DNA from: a virus
Taxonomy: Duplodnaviria; Caudoviricetes
IMG/VR virus record: IMGVR_UViG_3300025132_000006
Coordinates: 1 to 59,842 of that record
Length of the DNA: 59,842 nt
Strand: one strand, 5' to 3'
This document shows positions 57,001 through 59,842 of this stretch, in pieces (the stretch's first letter is position 1; every line of letters begins with the position of its first letter). The notes under the pieces were generated by a model. That model was not told the DNA's origin, searched no databases, and worked only from the letters and a program-made list of their open reading frames with translations. Both the position numbers and the translations under genes were made by a program.

Positions 57001-59842
57001 GTAAATTAGAATTATATCAAGATGGTAGTACAAAAAATGTTCATTTAAGTGGAACTGCAAGTGATTCTTACCCAAGTTATATTTTAGGTCGTCTTGGCAT
57101 CGGCACATCCTCGCCTCTGCAAAAATTACATGTAAATGGCATTATACAAACTCAATATGAACTAAGGTCGTCAAGTGGTAATGGACTATACCTTCAAGCA
57201 TTAGGCTCAAGTGGAGGATTTACACATAGGTTTCAAGATAATGGAACTGATAGAGTAACTATGAGCGGTGATGGAATACAACTTCCATTAAAAGCTAGTG
57301 ACACTAGTCACAAATTAAAATTTACTGCTTCAACATCTGCTGAAATATATGCAACTGGGTATGGAGATTTAAATTTAATTGGTGGGTTAAGTAATGCTAT
57401 TAAATCTAGAGATAGTACAATTTTTGGCGATTCAGCTAATGCTAGAAGAGTCTATATTAACCATCAAACTACTGATAATAGTTCAGTTAGAAATATTCTT
57501 AGTACTATGCCAAAATTTTCTATGTATAGTGGGACTAGTGGGCATTTTGGATTTTATACTTATGGAAGTAGTGGTGCTTATAATGCTATTACAAATGTAC
57601 ATACTGATAACAATACTAGTGGATTAAAATTAAATTATAGAACTGGTGGTAATGATACTGAAGCAATGGAAATTGGTAGTGATGGTAAAATTAATATTGG
57701 TAATTCAACTGTAACTGCTTCAGGTGGTGTTGCTCAGACTGCAAGTCTTCGTGCAAAAGGTATAGATATTGATGAGCTAGTTTTTTCAGGAGGTTCTCCT
57801 AGATATGCTAATCATGTATGGAAGTCTAATAGTTCTGACCCCAATACTTTAGATTTGGTTGGCAGAACATTTGGTGGGTCTACAATCACTTATGGTAAAA
57901 TGATACTTGGTCAAAATGCTTCTGATTTACATCAGATATTTGGTCTTGGTGGTTCTAATGTAGGCATAGGAACTGAAACTCCTAGTGCTAATACAAAGCT
58001 TGATGCATCAGGTCCAATACAAGCTCCTTCTTTTTATATAGGTGCTAATCCATATCATGGAGTAATAAAACATATAGCCAATGGCAATATTGAACATCAT
58101 CCAAGAGCTAGTTATGATATAAACTTTGTAATGGGTACTAATAATGCTTTTACTGTTAGTACTTCTTCATTGCAAAATGGAGCAGATGGCATTGGTAACA
58201 CATCAAAAAATTTAGGTGGACTGCCAGTTCGTATTTATTCTAGTGAACCTTCTTTTATTATTGATGGACATGTTACTGCTGACCAATACTGGGGAACAAG
58301 GTCTGGCGGTACTAATGAAAAATTAATGAGTATGCAGATGAGCAACGACCAAAAGATGAGTTGGAAAGCATGGAATGATAATGGTACTGTAAAATATGAT
58401 GATATGCTTCTTCTTGATGGTGGTACTGGTAAAGTTGGGATTGGAACAGATTCTCCTAGTGCTACTGTAACTATGAAAGGCAGTAATTCTAATCTGTTAC
58501 ATTTTGACCCAGCTAATGCCTCTATTTATAGTAGTACTGCTGGTATTTATATAAGCGGAAATAATGGAAATTCTGCGTTAATTGTTGGTAGTAGTGGTGC
58601 AACTCCTACATTACAAGCCAATAGTGGTGGTAATATCGGAGTGCTTTCTAATCTTGGTATTGGAACAACCTCACCTGCAAAAGCACTTCATGTTTCTCAA
58701 ACTGGAACTGGAGATTTAGCAAGATTTGAATCAACTGGAGAGAGCTTTAGCATTCAGATGTTAGCTGATGATTCAGGTACACCAGTTAATTACCAATTGA
58801 CACATACTGGTGACAAGTTTGTTCATTATAATAATGGTAATGTTGTTCACTCTAGTTTAAAGACTGGAGAGGTTGGCATAGGTACAGCCTCGCCTAGTGC
58901 TAAGCTTGATGTTGCTGGAGATGCAAATATTGACACAAAACTATGGTTAGGTAATACTCATACTGGTGGTCAAACTTGGGCTAGTATGGGTAATAAAGGT
59001 AATGAGTTAGTAATTGATGGTGGTGCAGATTCAGGTATGACAATAGTAACTGGGACATCAAACGCTGGTTATATTAACCATAACAATTATAATAATGGTA
59101 ACTATCAACATATAAAATTTGATGCGGCTAATGCTGGAATATTTTTTAAAACTGCGGGAACACTTGAAACTGCAGTTATAGATAACAATACTTCTTTTTC
59201 TTTTAATAGAGCAACTGTAGTTGATAATAATTTTTTAGGACATATAGAATTTAAAGGCAATAATGGAACTGAAACGCATACTTATTCCAAGATTTCTGCA
59301 CAATGTTTAAACTTTGAAGATGGTGCTGAATATTCAGATGTAAAAATATATGGTTCAAATGGTAGTAATGGTCTTGAAGAAATAGCCAAGTTTTATGCTA
59401 GACAATTTCTTATGACTAATAGTGGTTCAAAGGTTGGTATCCGAACAGCATCTCCTAGTACTGCTCTTCATGTGGCTAGTGGTGCTATAAGATTAGATAG
59501 TAGTCAGCAATTACAATTTGGTGGTGCTTCTACTCACATTGATGGCGATAGTGGGCATATGTCTTTTGATGTTAATTCAGCATTAAGACTAAAAATTGAT
59601 TCTGTAGGGCGAGTTGGAATTGGGACTGGTTCACCTAATTATAAATTAGATATTATTCATGATGCAGATGAACAATTTAGAGTAGGTAGGTCAGGTGGTA
59701 AATATGTAGCTATCAGAGATGATGTAATGCAGTTTACTGGTATGACTGGTAATGGCATGAGGATTCAAACTTCTGATAACGCTGATATAAAATTTAGCTC
59801 TGGTACTGGTGATACTATTTTTGATTATGCTGGTGCTGGGGG
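54060..59842 (+). CDS. Giant modular tail fibre, 5' part (continues across the origin to 1561; ~2414 aa in total)
   Basis: ATG at 54060 overlaps the upstream TAA and translates MANTIKIKRSGTSGDSPTSGELQHGELGINYADGKLFFK (common tail-fibre N-terminus). It is absent from the ORF track, consistent with no stop before the window end. Position 59757 (= position 14) is in frame (5697/3 = 1899 codons). It carries repeated (K/N)VGIGTxSP..KLHV motifs. Confidence 0.9.
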   Translation, partial: MANTIKIKRSGTSGDSPTSGELQHGELGINYADGKLFFKNSSNVVQELLTSPGTSNGQLLFANSSSNFEGDSNLFWDNTNKRLGIGTASPTEKLHVEGAIQQTKIKIYNSGNSGNIEQTGAFGGGTMFFKQLGSNHDIRFQTNKAGSTTTALAIDGLTHNIGIGTESPSLSYGGGLHIKNASNVANLKVSSGSSTGFDLWQDTGGNAYVINHDNAGILFKTNGGDRLYIKSDGDVGIGTSSPTKGKLEVYGNGADTTLAIHEDGGSHKAQLHLRSGGNDVKLHTSASDSKFYIDTENVSKAFTIATDGKTGIGTDSPTHGKLQVNPGSNSTTGLAIWGANDGIKIQRANGSNDGAFGHITFTTNDWIHLKTYSETKGIGADIIGGANSGINPANNYIHFSGYDKIFSRVGTTQLTMGNGKVYFENVNVGINTSSPTLSKLQINTSSSTRGLVINATDSNASYMQFSNSTTGTGTSQGLQVGLQVDESAFIDLKYSSHLAIKTSGAERMRITSTGSVGIGTTSPTTIHHVHNSGATTGWTHYTNSSTGTTGNDGTHIGTNGVHAYLWNREAGDIYFGTQATTRMLVQSGGNVGIGTTSPSNTLHVNGTVRVDSLLSFSGNSYIQDVSNNYLKLRIANGDYFAIHGGASDAEYMRVANDGKVGIGTDSPVANLHIYKDTTTNNDKLFRIYNGSGLQWEIQGDGSMSGYLGNPIDSVTMIRGPWQTDLSVSGGSASSEAAAGNVVFKTNDVEKMRLTKTGLLGIGTSSPQEKLDISAGNIRLDNQQLLTFATTDANSGRVAIQGDEGSDFLRFRTDNANRMAITNTGVGIGTISPSVPLHISTTSTNPLLLENTTQDASGGAILNKISFKHNATLNTSLEHGSIGYYAGETWDDTKFYQTINNGNSAQVVAENVRGNTWKWYTGGTSRMVIDSSGKVGLGTASPTAPLHIKTAMSTNTNTDALKVEGNYLLAILGGDDALYNAGKLELYQDGSTKNVHLSGTASDSYPSYILGRLGIGTSSPLQKLHVNGIIQTQYELRSSSGNGLYLQALGSSGGFTHRFQDNGTDRVTMSGDGIQLPLKASDTSHKLKFTASTSAEIYATGYGDLNLIGGLSNAIKSRDSTIFGDSANARRVYINHQTTDNSSVRNILSTMPKFSMYSGTSGHFGFYTYGSSGAYNAITNVHTDNNTSGLKLNYRTGGNDTEAMEIGSDGKINIGNSTVTASGGVAQTASLRAKGIDIDELVFSGGSPRYANHVWKSNSSDPNTLDLVGRTFGGSTITYGKMILGQNASDLHQIFGLGGSNVGIGTETPSANTKLDASGPIQAPSFYIGANPYHGVIKHIANGNIEHHPRASYDINFVMGTNNAFTVSTSSLQNGADGIGNTSKNLGGLPVRIYSSEPSFIIDGHVTADQYWGTRSGGTNEKLMSMQMSNDQKMSWKAWNDNGTVKYDDMLLLDGGTGKVGIGTDSPSATVTMKGSNSNLLHFDPANASIYSSTAGIYISGNNGNSALIVGSSGATPTLQANSGGNIGVLSNLGIGTTSPAKALHVSQTGTGDLARFESTGESFSIQMLADDSGTPVNYQLTHTGDKFVHYNNGNVVHSSLKTGEVGIGTASPSAKLDVAGDANIDTKLWLGNTHTGGQTWASMGNKGNELVIDGGADSGMTIVTGTSNAGYINHNNYNNGNYQHIKFDAANAGIFFKTAGTLETAVIDNNTSFSFNRATVVDNNFLGHIEFKGNNGTETHTYSKISAQCLNFEDGAEYSDVKIYGSNGSNGLEEIAKFYARQFLMTNSGSKVGIRTASPSTALHVASGAIRLDSSQQLQFGGASTHIDGDSGHMSFDVNSALRLKIDSVGRVGIGTGSPNYKLDIIHDADEQFRVGRSGGKYVAIRDDVMQFTGMTGNGMRIQTSDNADIKFSSGTGDTIFDYAGAG
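59744..59842 (+). repeat. Direct terminal repeat, right copy
   Basis: Identical to 1-99. Confidence 0.95.

Noticed and set aside
54060-59842. Diversity-generating retroelement or invertase shufflon acting on the fibre
   Set aside because: I found no reverse transcriptase, no adenine-variant TR/VR pair and no site-specific recombinase, and all modules are in one orientation.
1-59842. tRNA genes or stop-codon recoding as in some crAss-like phages
   Set aside because: No cloverleaf with a T-loop noticed, and the long genes are intact under the standard code.

Overview
The window looks like one complete, circularly assembled, AT-rich tailed-phage genome (podovirus-like). Bases 1-99 are identical to 59744-59842, giving a unit length of 59,743 bp. 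There are two divergent arms. The minus-strand early/replication arm (about 37600 to 25426) encodes AbrB-, ParB- and HTH-type proteins, a PD-(D/E)XK nuclease, a Sak-like annealing protein, SSB, DUF932, a D12-class adenine methyltransferase, a DnaB helicase and a RuvC-like resolvase. I found no DNA polymerase, primase or integrase. The plus-strand late arm (about 37770, across the origin, to 25429) encodes terminase, an M15 endolysin, portal, scaffold, a DUF5309/SU10-type capsid, adaptors, tail fibres, membrane/lysis proteins, a tail nozzle and large internal virion proteins. Highlights: (1) a 3059-aa virion protein with two-barrel RNA polymerase motifs (RQP...DADFDLD), resembling the virion RNAP of crAss-like phages but in a genome that is otherwise not crAss-like; (2) arrays of back-to-back structured non-coding elements in the early arm, including a ~390-nt multi-domain RNA I cannot assign to a known class; (3) hairpins whose loops mimic the 16S anti-Shine-Dalgarno tail; (4) an adaptor-like protein with 23 extended LP repeats matched by 23 18-residue helical repeats; (5) a ~2414-aa modular tail fibre that spans the origin and is only partly shown in the ORF track; (6) apparent GATC avoidance. 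All family calls come from motif recognition by eye; no searches or folding programs were run.
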